Positions 1-9,874 of a stretch of 64,000 nt of DNA are shown in pieces (position 1 is the stretch's first letter; the number at the start of each line of letters is the position of its first letter). The notes under the pieces are model-generated. The model was given only the letters and a program-made list of their open reading frames with translations. It was not told the origin of the DNA and made no database searches. The DNA comes from an uncultured Candidatus Micrarchaeota archaeon (lineage in GTDB: Archaea; Micrarchaeota; Micrarchaeia; Anstonellales; Bilamarchaeaceae), in contig CAVRPK010000003.1 of NCBI GenBank assembly GCA_963723105.1, positions 9,206 through 73,205 on the forward strand, given 5' to 3'. Both the position numbers and the translations under genes were made by a program.

Positions 1-1609
1 CGTAGACTTTTCTAGCCTCGTCACGCTCAAGACCAAGTTCAATGAGTTGTTCATAATCTTCTCTGACCTTTGGCTTTCCATCTGCAATCTCTCCCTTCTG
101 AAGTGCTTCCAGTAGTTCTGGATTAATTGCCTCAACAGTAATCTTGAGTCTGTTGTGCTTGTTTGGAGATTTTCCTTCAACCGGACCTCCACTTCCTTTG
201 ATTGTTTCAGAATAAAGGACAATGGGAGGTGATGTGATGATTGGAATTTTCTTCTCCTTCTCAATCTTATATTCAATAATCTCAAGATGAAGTTCTCCAT
301 TTCCGCTTACAAGATGTTCTCCAGTATCCTGGTTGAGTGAAACCTTGATTGTAGGGTCTTCCTTTGAAATACTTCGAAGCGCTTCAATAAGCTTTGGAAG
401 ATCTTTCTGTTCTTTTACTTCAATAGATTTTGTAATGACTGGCTCTGAATAATGCTTGATTTGTTCAAATGGAGTAATTTCTCTAGAAGAAACTGTTTCT
501 CCTACATATACGTCCTTAAGACCAACAAGAGCTCCAATGTTTCCAGCTCTAATTCTTTCTGCAGCAACTCTGTCCTGCCCCATGAAGATACCAACTTGCT
601 GAACCTTTGCAGTCTTTTTAAGTGATGCAATGTACAGCTCAGTTCCTTTTTCTATGGTTCCAGAAAAGATACGGGCAACAGCAACTTCTCCAGCATGTTC
701 ATCGTAAACAACCCCGAAAACAACACCAACTGCATTTCCTTCAGGATCACACATAAGCATGCTCTTTCCTTCATCAGTTTCAAGATCTCCCCCTTTCCAA
801 AGAACTGGGGTTCTGTATGCCTGTGCAAATTTTGGACTTGGAAGATGTTTGATTACCATCTCAAGAAGAACATCATCAAGAGGACTCTTTTCAACCAAGA
901 ATTTGTGGTCTTCTTCTCTGCATTTGTCATAAATGTCCTTGAACGAGATATTGAATCTTTTCATTGAAGTAATTGAAAGTGCCCATTTGTTGTATGCAGT
1001 ACCAAATGCAACATTTCCTTTTTCTACGCCGATAAGCCAATCATCTTTTTTATCTGCAGGAGCATTTGCAGCAATGATCTTGTTGACCTGCGTAATGATT
1101 TTTATAAATTTTTCCTGCATTGCAGCAGAATCAAGTTTCAATTCATTGATAAGCCTGTCAACTTTGTTAATGAACAAAATTGGTTTTGCTCTTTCTTTAA
1201 GTGCTTGTCTCAGGTTTGTTTCTGTTTGTGGCATAACTCCTTCAACAGCATCAATAACAAGACAAACACCATCAACTGCTCTCATAGCTCGAACAACGTG
1301 GAAACCAAAATCAACGTGTCCTGGTGTATCAATAAGGTTAATCAAATAATCCTGGCCTTCAAATTTAAATCCAAGAGAAATGTTAGCTGATTTGATTGTA
1401 ATTCCTCGAGCTGCTTCCTGCTCATCAAAATCCATAACTCTCTGAGCACCAGCAAGTTCTTTGCTGATAAGTCCTGCACGTGCAACAAGACTGTCTGTTA
1501 AGGTTGTTTTACCATGATCAACGTGGGCAACAATTGCAACATTTCTGATGTTGACTGAATTTTCCATCAACTTCTGTACTTCTTCGACTACAACTTCCTT
1601 TCGTGCCAT
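1..1609 (-). CDS. fusA: Translation elongation factor 2 (aEF-2); C-terminal part lies beyond the window edge
   Basis: Absent from the ORF track because it runs off the window. Reverse-strand translation from the ATG (complement of 1607-1609) gives MARKEVVVEEVQKLMENSVNIRNVAIVAHVDHGKTTLTDSLVA..., with the AHVDHGKT P-loop and a downstream DTPGHVDF motif. Confidence 0.93.
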   Translation of the reverse strand, partial: MARKEVVVEEVQKLMENSVNIRNVAIVAHVDHGKTTLTDSLVARAGLISKELAGAQRVMDFDEQEAARGITIKSANISLGFKFEGQDYLINLIDTPGHVDFGFHVVRAMRAVDGVCLVIDAVEGVMPQTETNLRQALKERAKPILFINKVDRLINELKLDSAAMQEKFIKIITQVNKIIAANAPADKKDDWLIGVEKGNVAFGTAYNKWALSITSMKRFNISFKDIYDKCREEDHKFLVEKSPLDDVLLEMVIKHLPSPKFAQAYRTPVLWKGGDLETDEGKSMLMCDPEGNAVGVVFGVVYDEHAGEVAVARIFSGTIEKGTELYIASLKKTAKVQQVGIFMGQDRVAAERIRAGNIGALVGLKDVYVGETVSSREITPFEQIKHYSEPVITKSIEVKEQKDLPKLIEALRSISKEDPTIKVSLNQDTGEHLVSGNGELHLEIIEYKIEKEKKIPIITSPPIVLYSETIKGSGGPVEGKSPNKHNRLKITVEAINPELLEALQKGEIADGKPKVREDYEQLIELGLERDEARKVY

Positions 1610-1902
1610 AAAATTTCACCGATTTTACCATTATGTATATATTACAGTGTCTATTCGACAATTAGTTGTTGTAATGGTAGTAGGAAAAGAATATAAAACC
1701 TGCTTTTGCGCCTTATCTGCGGGGTATGACTTGTTGAAAATTGTTTTTTGTACTTTTCCGATTCAATTATTTGATTTTTATTGGTTTTATTGTGAATTTC
1801 CTCATTTTTTTCTCTTTTTTTATCTTATTTTTTGTGTTTTTTTGTCTGATATTGTGTTCTGAGCATCTGTTTAAAAATCTTTATTACAAGAAGTGTATAT
1901 AT

Positions 1903-3246
1903 ATGAGCAGAAAGTTGAGGGTGGCAGTATATGATTTAGCCAGAGCGCCCATGGAAACGCTCACAAAAAGGTTAAATCTGTCAGGATTATCTGTGTTATC
2001 AGATGAACCTATGCGTTTAACTGCTCAAAGCGCCAGGCCAGATGCGGATGTTTGGCTAAATAAATGGTCATTTAATCTAAAAGCTCCTTTTCTTGAATGT
2101 CATAAACCTGGACTTGGAATCTTGACTATGACTGTTGGAACTGACCATATTGATATGGATGCAGTTTCAAAACACGGTCTTCAAATAGAAACATGCCCAT
2201 CATATTGTTCAAATTCAGTTGCTGAGCATGCCATTGCGCTGGCAATGCGAGGAGCCTATGAGGATTCTGCTCTTCCACAACTTTCCTCAAGTCAATTATT
2301 ATTTACTCATCTTTCAGATTCATCAGTTGAATCTGCAGTTGCTCAAATTCTTTTTAGGGCTCATCAACTTGATAAAAGTATTGAACGTGCAAAGGCCTAT
2401 GATTATGGCCACTCTGCAATCGGAAGATATGATGCTCCATGGTCCAACCAAGAACTGCTTGGCAAGAAAATAGGAATTGTTGGTACAAATGATTCTGCAA
2501 AAAAACTTACCAAAATCCTAAAATCTGGTTTTGGTTCTCATATCCTTGTTTTTAATTCAGATCATGAGATTGAGTCTCTTGGAGCAGTTCCTTTTACGCG
2601 TTATGAAATTGCCAAGTCTTGCGATTATGTCTTTCTTAATGATGAAAACATTCACTTTTCTGGCCTGCTGAAAATTGATGCACGGCGTTTAGAACCTCCT
2701 TCACATATGCTATCCGGCTCAAAAGTAGCAGTTCTTGGAGCAGGAAGAATCGGATCAAGAATTGCTGAAATTGCAAAGCTTGGCTTTGACTGTGATGTGA
2801 GTGTATTTAGCAGAACTGAAAAGCCAGAACTTTCTGAAATTGGAATAAATTTTGCTACTGAATTGCAAACTGCAATTTCAGATGCCCAGTTTATTTTTGT
2901 AGCACTTCCACTTACTGCAGAAACAACCAATCTGCTCAATGCTTCTGTAATTGCAAGCTTAGATCCATCAATTCCAAGAGTACTGGTTAATGTTACTAGA
3001 GATAAAATCATTGACAGCGAGGCACTTTATTCTGCGATTGAGCGTGAAGTGATTTCTGTTTATGCAACAGATGTTCTTCCAAATGACACTTCGCTTTGGG
3101 TTGGAAATGAACCTGACGAGATTACAAGCAGATTTGCAGTTCATCCAAGAGTAATTGCAACTCCACATGAAGCTGACAGTTCTGTTGATTCATCAGAACG
3201 TTTGGCATTTGAAGTAATCTCTAAACTAAAAAATTTTTTGAGGTAA
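1903..3246 (+). CDS. D-isomer-specific 2-hydroxyacid dehydrogenase family protein with an extra degenerate Rossmann segment
   Basis: Start moved to ATG 1903 (MSRKLRVAVYDL). The upstream part of ORF 1741 is a T-rich intergenic translation. Motifs present: VAEHAIALAMR, GSKVAVLGAGRIGSRIA (GxGxxG), VNVTRDKIID and ATPHEA. TATA-like tgtatatata lies directly upstream. Confidence 0.78.
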   Translation: MSRKLRVAVYDLARAPMETLTKRLNLSGLSVLSDEPMRLTAQSARPDADVWLNKWSFNLKAPFLECHKPGLGILTMTVGTDHIDMDAVSKHGLQIETCPSYCSNSVAEHAIALAMRGAYEDSALPQLSSSQLLFTHLSDSSVESAVAQILFRAHQLDKSIERAKAYDYGHSAIGRYDAPWSNQELLGKKIGIVGTNDSAKKLTKILKSGFGSHILVFNSDHEIESLGAVPFTRYEIAKSCDYVFLNDENIHFSGLLKIDARRLEPPSHMLSGSKVAVLGAGRIGSRIAEIAKLGFDCDVSVFSRTEKPELSEIGINFATELQTAISDAQFIFVALPLTAETTNLLNASVIASLDPSIPRVLVNVTRDKIIDSEALYSAIEREVISVYATDVLPNDTSLWVGNEPDEITSRFAVHPRVIATPHEADSSVDSSERLAFEVISKLKNFLR

Positions 3247-3252
3247 ACTATC

Positions 3253-6216
3253 ATGGCACGATCAGAAAGATTCGCTAAGCGTGGAAAACATATTGAAGAG
3301 ATGAAACTTAGGTCTTTTGTTCATACAAGAGTTGATATATTATTAGAAAGAATACGTAATGAAGATGGCGATTACGAAAGAACTCATGGTTCTTGTGTGC
3401 AGAAATTTGGCGATCCGGCATCATTTGGCCTTACTCCATGTGAAGGGCCTCATAGGTTTTTAAGGAGATATTTGAATTTCCATCATCCTTCTGACTATTC
3501 CAAGTATCTGATATTTGGTTATCCCCAATTAAAAGCACAAATTAGAGAAGGCTCAACAAGACGTGAATTTGGTCATATTCCTGTTCCATCTGATCTTCCT
3601 GTATATATTACTTCAGGAGTTGCGGGTGCTCTTAGGATGTTATGTCCTGCTTTTGTTCTTCCACCTACTTCGTCTGATGCTACTGCTCATGACAAGGTGA
3701 TTATGCCAAAGCTCACTTATCTATCTCATTCAGCAGAAGCTGCATTTGCACAAGCAAATGTTAACACCTGTAATATTACTCAAAATGGACAAGTTGATCT
3801 GGATCATTTGAGCTCTTTAATTGATGAGAATACTCGTTTGGTAGTTTTTGCAACTGTTGGAAATCCTCTTTCTACAGCTATGGAACCTGGCTTATTTGAT
3901 GATATTGTAAGACTTGTTCATGAAAATATGGTAAGATATAATCATCCTATTACAATAATTGCAGACGTTATCTACGAACATTTCAGAAGAAGGAGAGAGG
4001 AAAGAATCGATGCTATCCAAAGAGGTCTTCGTCTTGGTATGGATGTAAAAGATGAAAATGGAAAAATTCTGACGCCTGGGATACATGTTCCAATAGTAGA
4101 GACAGCAAGTTTTTCAAAAATGCTTGGTATGCCTGGCCATAGAATCGGATTTTATAGAGTTCTTTGGGATAAAAGAACTGAGTTTGCGGATGAAAGAGCC
4201 GATACCCTTGATGCATTGGCTACAATATATGGAACTAGCTTATGTCCTGTTCCAACAATCCTTCAGGTTGCACTTGGGGATTTCTATATGGCAATTAATG
4301 CAAGTAGCGAAAGTGCCCCCAATAATAGTGCTCCTATCGAAGAAAAACTTGTTCCGGTTGCAGCTATAATCACCGCTCTAAAAGATTTGACTGATAAAAA
4401 AGGATCAGGAGATTCAGTAACATTATTCAAACCTGAATTTGGAGCTGAGATGGTACGTCAGCTTGGCCTGGATCCAGATCAATGGTATACTTCTTCTGCT
4501 ATTGCAAAGCGGACAAGAAAAATTGCAAATGATGTTCTTGGTGGTTATAGGGAAGATGTAAAACCTGGACGAGTAATTGAAATTGGAGACATTCTTTGTT
4601 CTTGTTCTAATCCTTATCTTGAAAAAAGAGAAATAGTAATTAGTCAAGAATTACTTGATGAACTACTCACTAAAACTATTATCCAGAATGGAAATGCAAA
4701 TCATAAATTAACTTTGGGGCTTCAAAGAGCTATCTCTCAACAAAACCTTGAAATTTCAGATGCCGATGCTAGGTCTATTGTGGACAGTCAATTAGCTGCA
4801 CTAACTTCATGTACTGCAGGATGTGCCACTGAAGCTGGAGAAGTCCGTGCCCTTCAAGATGAATTTGATCTCGGTAATGGGGCTATCAAAAAAGATGACG
4901 AAAAAGTTACATTAACATTCTATAAGCTTATCCGAGATCCCCCTCCGGTGCAAAGAAAAGAAGATGGCCAACTTGATCTTTATGGAATTTCAGCTTATGC
5001 TCCAAAAAAACCAGAAAACAGACAATGGATTGCATTAAGCAATGAGATCGGTCTTCCGACAGAACTTGAAGAATACCATAAATTCAAATCTGTGAGGCGG
5101 GCCGAAGTATTTGAAAGCAATCGTCGCTTTGCAACTCGGCTTGAAGAAATGCGCAAAAAAGGACTTGGAGTATATCTCCATCCAGCATATTATGATTCAA
5201 ATGGACAATTATCAATAGAAAGGCTAAATGCATTTTATGTTCTTTGGGGGCTGGAATCACTTAGAGATGAAAACTCGTGCCAAGCAGAACGTATTCTCGG
5301 ACTTTGTTATGCTAACAATTTACCTCTTTTAATTACTGTTCCTGGTGAGGTTTTTGTTCCCGATTCCAAAAACGATTCTAATGCACAATTTGTAAGATCG
5401 AGTGCAATTGAATCTTCTGGTTCAGGGAGAATTGATCAATCTCTTGAAATAATCGAGAACCTTGCAAATATCCTTGCAACCAGCAGCCATGAAGAGCAGC
5501 TAATAACTGTATTCGAGAATGCGATTCATGACATAACTACTGTGTATTCTGATACGGAAATGACTGTTGCAGGAAGGGATGAATTATTTGGTTATATCAT
5601 AACATTGCTAAGAACAGCTGATGCTCTTGCTGAAAAAGTTGTTACAAAAGAAAACTCATTCCAAGTACGTGATCAGTTATCTGCAGCAACATCTAATATC
5701 TCTGGCGCTAGATCTGAAAAAGATATTAAACTTCAATTAGAAATGATTCAAGAAGCTCTTGAATCAACTGAAACGGCACAAAAAATAATTACTGGATCTA
5801 TTTCTGAATCAAAAATAGTTGAAGAACCAAAACAATTGAGAGTACTTGCAATGGATGATACTCAATCAATAGCAATAACAACCAAGAGATTACTAGAGAA
5901 ACATGGATACGATGCAGAATGCGCATTCCATGGAGGGGAAGCTGTTGATCTTGTACAAAAATCGGTTGATGATGGAATGCCATTTAATTTCGCTATTTTG
6001 GATCTTATGGAATCTGAAGGGAATATAGATGGAATTGAAGCAGCAAAGCGCATCCATGCAATATCTCCTGAAACTCATCTTATTGTTGCAAGTGGAAATA
6101 AGGAAGGAGATGCTATGATACATCCAGAAAAGTATGGATTTTGTGCATCAATCGAAAAACCAAGCACATGGAATGATCTTAATGCAGTACTTGAAAGAAT
6201 TCAGATGAAAAAATAA
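3253..6216 (+). CDS. Fusion protein: class I/II PLP-dependent aminotransferase domain, long linker region and C-terminal response-regulator receiver (REC) domain
   Basis: 987-aa ORF 6 nt after the dehydrogenase gene. The aminotransferase PLP-Lys motif is ETASFSKMLGMPGHRIGFY. The C-terminal REC domain reads LRVLAMDDTQS...FNFAILDLMESEGNIDG...LIVASGN...IEKP. Confidence 0.8.
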   Translation: MARSERFAKRGKHIEEMKLRSFVHTRVDILLERIRNEDGDYERTHGSCVQKFGDPASFGLTPCEGPHRFLRRYLNFHHPSDYSKYLIFGYPQLKAQIREGSTRREFGHIPVPSDLPVYITSGVAGALRMLCPAFVLPPTSSDATAHDKVIMPKLTYLSHSAEAAFAQANVNTCNITQNGQVDLDHLSSLIDENTRLVVFATVGNPLSTAMEPGLFDDIVRLVHENMVRYNHPITIIADVIYEHFRRRREERIDAIQRGLRLGMDVKDENGKILTPGIHVPIVETASFSKMLGMPGHRIGFYRVLWDKRTEFADERADTLDALATIYGTSLCPVPTILQVALGDFYMAINASSESAPNNSAPIEEKLVPVAAIITALKDLTDKKGSGDSVTLFKPEFGAEMVRQLGLDPDQWYTSSAIAKRTRKIANDVLGGYREDVKPGRVIEIGDILCSCSNPYLEKREIVISQELLDELLTKTIIQNGNANHKLTLGLQRAISQQNLEISDADARSIVDSQLAALTSCTAGCATEAGEVRALQDEFDLGNGAIKKDDEKVTLTFYKLIRDPPPVQRKEDGQLDLYGISAYAPKKPENRQWIALSNEIGLPTELEEYHKFKSVRRAEVFESNRRFATRLEEMRKKGLGVYLHPAYYDSNGQLSIERLNAFYVLWGLESLRDENSCQAERILGLCYANNLPLLITVPGEVFVPDSKNDSNAQFVRSSAIESSGSGRIDQSLEIIENLANILATSSHEEQLITVFENAIHDITTVYSDTEMTVAGRDELFGYIITLLRTADALAEKVVTKENSFQVRDQLSAATSNISGARSEKDIKLQLEMIQEALESTETAQKIITGSISESKIVEEPKQLRVLAMDDTQSIAITTKRLLEKHGYDAECAFHGGEAVDLVQKSVDDGMPFNFAILDLMESEGNIDGIEAAKRIHAISPETHLIVASGNKEGDAMIHPEKYGFCASIEKPSTWNDLNAVLERIQMKK

Positions 6217-6242
6217 TGCCCTCGCAATTGTTTTTCAATAGT

Positions 6243-6278
6243 GTTTTCCAAAAATGAAAAGGTTTTAGCTTGGAAAAC
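6243..6278. terminator. Hairpin between convergent genes (gttttccaa-N18-ttggaaaac)
   Basis: Perfect 9-bp inverted repeat in the 193-bp spacer between the convergent CDSs 3253-6216 (+) and 6410-7813 (-). Confidence 0.3.
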
Positions 6279-6409
6279 GCTGGGCCCAAATACCGAATCG
6301 GTTTAAGGGCGACCATTCTCATGTCCCGAAGGATAATAGTTGAGAATAACCATTTTGAACATGGTTGCGAGGCTTTAGTGCTATTCGCAATTGCATTTTA
6401 TTTACTTTT

Positions 6410-7813
6410 CTATGCTGCGCTAAGAGCTTCCTTGATCAGCTCATTCATTTTTTCTGGCGGATCAGTCTTGACATGTATAATAAAACTGAGGATATTCCCA
6501 ACTGTGATATTGTCTGCATTGTTGAATATGTTCAGTGCATCCTCTAGTGGCATTGTTAATGTGAAATCTGCATCTGAGTATGATCCTTCTTTTACATTTA
6601 CTATGTAGCCATCATCAAGCTTTGCCTTTAGTTTTATATCCTCATCTCCTTCTATCCTAAGGTTTACTCTATCATATTTTTTCATTACTTTAACAAAAAC
6701 CGGGTTGCTGTTGAAGAAAGAAACAACTGCTTCTGCATTTATCCCATACTCCATGCCGACATCTGTTTCAACAATTCTATCTTCCTCAGGTATCTCCTCT
6801 ACTTCCTCAATTTCTACTATTTCTGGAGCAATAGAGTATTCCTTTGCGCATTTTGGAGAATCTCCTATGAATTCAAGTACATCTTCATTGTCTTTGAAAT
6901 ATCCATCTTCGCATATTGTTATCAGATTATATGACTGGAAATTACAGTAGGTGATCTTTGATTCTATATGAAGTGTAAAGTTTTCATTATGCATTTGATA
7001 TGCTATCTCATGCCTGCTGGGGTTTTTTTCAGAAAGTTCCAGGCTGTCATTTTCCTCTATGTATTTTTCTGTCCAATCATAGAGAGTATCTGATGGCGCA
7101 TTATACTTATTCACAAGTACTGTGCATGCTCCCTGGCTTAAGCTGATTATTGTTTCATTTTCTGCTTTGCCCGGGTTCCATTCAGGTATTTTTGCTGAGT
7201 AATCCTCATCAATAAATGTGCCGTAATTTGTATTGTCAAGATCAGGAAGGCTAGGTGCTGCGCTGTAATCTGGCTCAACATATTCTCTAGAACAGCTCAC
7301 ACTTGAAGTAAAATGCTCCAAATCCTCCTTATATTCATTCCAGTAATCCTTTGCGCATGTTGCCAGAATCACATATGTTTTATGATTGCAATATTCCATG
7401 TTTGTTACTGCCTTGAAGGTTATATTATCAAAATCTGCCTCAAAACCTAGTGAGTGCTTATCAATCTCAACTTCATCCAAGCTCACATTTTCGTTTGCTG
7501 CTGTTGCATTTACTATCCAGTTGAAAAGCGGGGTTATTGGGGCATCATGCCTATCTACATTCAGGACACATAATGCATTTCCAATTGCAAGGATACTGGT
7601 ATTTTCATGTTCTCTGGGTTCCCAATCTGGATATTCCAGAGAAAAATCATCATCAGTAAATTTTGTGAATTCTGTTTCCTTGACTTCTGGAGTTTGTTCT
7701 TCTACTTTCTGCTCTTCTTCTATTACTTTCTGATCCGGCTCTGCAGTCTGATTAGTACAGCCAAAGAGAATGCTAAATAATAGCAATACTGCCAATATCC
7801 TTGAAATTTCCAT
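6410..7813 (-). CDS. Secreted lipoprotein with two tandem paralogous domains and a C-terminal SCP2-like region
   Basis: Signal peptide plus lipobox (LLLFSILFGCTNQ). Two internally similar modules of about 130 aa each end in C.(R/K)EY (...SSVSCSREY / ...SPKCAKEY). The C-terminal approx. 100 aa look SCP2-like. Confidence 0.7.
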   Translation of the reverse strand: MEISRILAVLLLFSILFGCTNQTAEPDQKVIEEEQKVEEQTPEVKETEFTKFTDDDFSLEYPDWEPREHENTSILAIGNALCVLNVDRHDAPITPLFNWIVNATAANENVSLDEVEIDKHSLGFEADFDNITFKAVTNMEYCNHKTYVILATCAKDYWNEYKEDLEHFTSSVSCSREYVEPDYSAAPSLPDLDNTNYGTFIDEDYSAKIPEWNPGKAENETIISLSQGACTVLVNKYNAPSDTLYDWTEKYIEENDSLELSEKNPSRHEIAYQMHNENFTLHIESKITYCNFQSYNLITICEDGYFKDNEDVLEFIGDSPKCAKEYSIAPEIVEIEEVEEIPEEDRIVETDVGMEYGINAEAVVSFFNSNPVFVKVMKKYDRVNLRIEGDEDIKLKAKLDDGYIVNVKEGSYSDADFTLTMPLEDALNIFNNADNITVGNILSFIIHVKTDPPEKMNELIKEALSAA

Positions 7814-7861
7814 AATTAGAATTCGAAAGAAAATAATTAAATGAATATATAAAAAATGAAA

Positions 7862-8476
7862 TTATCTTGCGCTTCTTGCCATACGCTCTGTTTCGTCACG
7901 CTTTTTGATAGAGTAACTGGTTTGAACGTCTCCCTTTGCAGTTGAGATGATTTCGCTAGCAAGAGATTGTGCAAGTGATTTTGGCTTGTTGAATGCTCCC
8001 ATAAGAGCAGAAAGTGAAATGTTTCTAAGTGCCATGTCAAGTCTTCTTGTTGCTGAAACATCTACTGCAATCTGGTAGCTAACTCCACCATGTGAAACAC
8101 GTGTTACATCTTCTCTTGGAGCTGAATTTTCAAGAGCTCTAATTAGAATCTGAACTGGATTTTCATTGGTTTCCTTTTCAACTATTCCAAGTGCCTCGTC
8201 AACTATTCGAAGTGATTTGAGCTTTTTCCCCTGCATTCTTCCCTTTGTTCGGATGACTTTTCCTGATGTTTTTTCACCAGTTCCTCCTCTCATCAGTTTG
8301 TTTGCAAGTCTCTCAACAATATTGACTTCCATCTTACCAAGAGTTTTCCTTGCATTTCTTCCAAAAGTGTGTGGAACTGCAATTGGTGTGAGGGAAATGG
8401 TTTGAGCAAGACTCAAATCCTTTATCTCAAGCTTTTCAAGTGAATATTTGCCAAATAGTTTGTCCATTAAAATCAT
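7862..8476 (-). CDS. rps7: 30S ribosomal protein S7 (uS7)
   Basis: [24 protein letters not shown]...[14 protein letters not shown] is typical of uS7. Its ATG overlaps the uS12 stop as ATGA (8476-8473). Confidence 0.95.
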   Translation of the reverse strand: MILMDKLFGKYSLEKLEIKDLSLAQTISLTPIAVPHTFGRNARKTLGKMEVNIVERLANKLMRGGTGEKTSGKVIRTKGRMQGKKLKSLRIVDEALGIVEKETNENPVQILIRALENSAPREDVTRVSHGGVSYQIAVDVSATRRLDMALRNISLSALMGAFNKPKSLAQSLASEIISTAKGDVQTSYSIKKRDETERMARSAR

Positions 8477-8910
8477 CTCTTAGGCTTTTCTTTCCTGCCC
8501 TTTCGAAGCATTTGAAGATCTGCTCCATTTACAGCAACGACCTTGTATCTAACTCCTGGCATAGATCCCATCTGACCTCGTTGGGAACCTCCAAGACCTG
8601 CCAAAGTGACCTGGTCGTGCTCATCAATGTAAGTAATTGCCTTGTTTCTAGGTGCATGTGCACTGACAACTTTTCCATTTTTTAGAAGCTGGACCTTTAC
8701 ACATTTGATAAGTCCAGAGTGAGGCTGTTTCTGCTCGAGAACAATTTTTTCAAGTACAATCGCATCTGCTTGCGGGGCACCTTCTAGTGGATCATGCTTT
8801 TCTTTAAGCCTGAGTGTTCTTCGTTTCCATTTCTTAGAGAGCCAGCGCTGACCTTTTCGGCGCCTTTTCATATTTCTTCCGGCGAATTCGCCATTTCCTC
8901 CTTTTCCCAT
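8473..8910 (-). CDS. rps12: 30S ribosomal protein S12 (uS12)
   Basis: [48 protein letters not shown]...PGVRYKVV is a canonical uS12 sequence. Confidence 0.95.
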   Translation of the reverse strand: MGKGGNGEFAGRNMKRRRKGQRWLSKKWKRRTLRLKEKHDPLEGAPQADAIVLEKIVLEQKQPHSGLIKCVKVQLLKNGKVVSAHAPRNKAITYIDEHDQVTLAGLGGSQRGQMGSMPGVRYKVVAVNGADLQMLRKGRKEKPKR

Positions 8911-8968
8911 TAATACACCTAGTAATAAAACTCAAATATGAGTAGAGACTATTGTAGTACTGAGAAGG

Positions 8969-8977
8969 TTTTATAAA
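8969..8977 (+). promoter_or_regulatory. TATA-box-like element (ttttataaa) about 25 nt upstream of ATG 8999
   Basis: The sequence and its spacing fit an archaeal TATA box with a leaderless mRNA. Confidence 0.4.
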
Positions 8978-8998
8978 GTTTATGACAGGGGTTCATTT

Positions 8999-9874
8999 AT
9001 GGTTTCCAAGTTTCTCTATTCTTTTTCACTATCGGATATGGCTCCAATTATTGAAATGCAACGTCTTGCTGCAAGCCAGATGGCAATTACTGCATTCAAT
9101 GACAGGAGCACCATGCATGAGACTCTGATGAAACTGCAAGATGGTGCTCGGCAGGCATCTGTTATGGCGCAGGCTGAAACAGCAAATGTATCTACAAACC
9201 TTCATAAGAATGCAGAAAACCAGTCAATTCGCACTTATAGCCTTACTTATTACAATCCAGAAACTCAGGAAATAGAAGTGATCCAGGAACATGCAGATAT
9301 ACATGTTAAGGATTATGCCAAGGCAATGATTGAAGAGTCCATGGGCTCTGCCTCAGCAATTCCACTATATCAATATATTGGAAGCCCAATTGTCCGGGAA
9401 GAAATAGTCCCCTGGAAGCTTGAGAAAATCCTTTCTGAGCGTGAATATGGAACTCCTCCTTCTGCCGGAGGAGGAGCTGCAGTTGTTCCAATGCGCGTTA
9501 TTATTCAAAAAAAGGAGGAGCGCAAAATAGCCCAAGCCCGGGATGAAGAGATCAAAGCAGCAGTTGCCGAAGCAATTCTAAGAAAGGAATCCAGCGAATT
9601 AAAGATTGTCGAGGAGATCCTTCTTCTGGAAGATGCTATTGAAGCTCTTCGCAATGGAGAGGATATTGACAAAATTCTTGAAAAACTGCCTGCCCTTTCC
9701 CGGGCCAGATACCTTATTGCACTAAAGAAAAAGCATTTTACAAGAAGACAAATAATCAATATGCTTCTTCGCGATGCTCTTTTCTTAAAGAAAATAAAGA
9801 AAAAACTAGAGCTATTTACCTTAGATGATCTTCTTGATATGGTAAAAATCTTAAGAAAAATGACTACTTCTTAG
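8999..9874 (+). CDS. Hypothetical protein, charged and helical C-terminal half
   Basis: 291-aa ORF with its own TATA-like element. No motif recognised. Confidence 0.55.
   Translation: MVSKFLYSFSLSDMAPIIEMQRLAASQMAITAFNDRSTMHETLMKLQDGARQASVMAQAETANVSTNLHKNAENQSIRTYSLTYYNPETQEIEVIQEHADIHVKDYAKAMIEESMGSASAIPLYQYIGSPIVREEIVPWKLEKILSEREYGTPPSAGGGAAVVPMRVIIQKKEERKIAQARDEEIKAAVAEAILRKESSELKIVEEILLLEDAIEALRNGEDIDKILEKLPALSRARYLIALKKKHFTRRQIINMLLRDALFLKKIKKKLELFTLDDLLDMVKILRKMTTS

Noticed and set aside
933-1390. Plus-strand ORFs 695-967, 933-1349 and 1205-1390
   Set aside because: They lie antisense inside the clearly recognisable aEF-2 coding region and have low-complexity translations, so they are spurious.
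1741-1902. Long N-terminal extension of the dehydrogenase ORF (MFFVLFRFNYLIF...), or a replication-origin unwinding element in the T-rich 290-bp spacer
   Set aside because: The extension is just a translation of a T-rich intergenic region, and a TATA-like box with ATG 1903 fits better. No ORB-like repeats are present, so an origin call cannot be supported.
6270-6608. ORFs 6270-6608 and 6365-6547, and a possible ncRNA in the somewhat GC-richer 6280-6400 spacer
   Set aside because: The ORFs overlap the 3' end of the lipoprotein gene in antisense and have no motifs. I found only short hairpins (for example aaccat-N7-atggtt) and no C/D-box, H/ACA or tRNA-like structure that I could defend.
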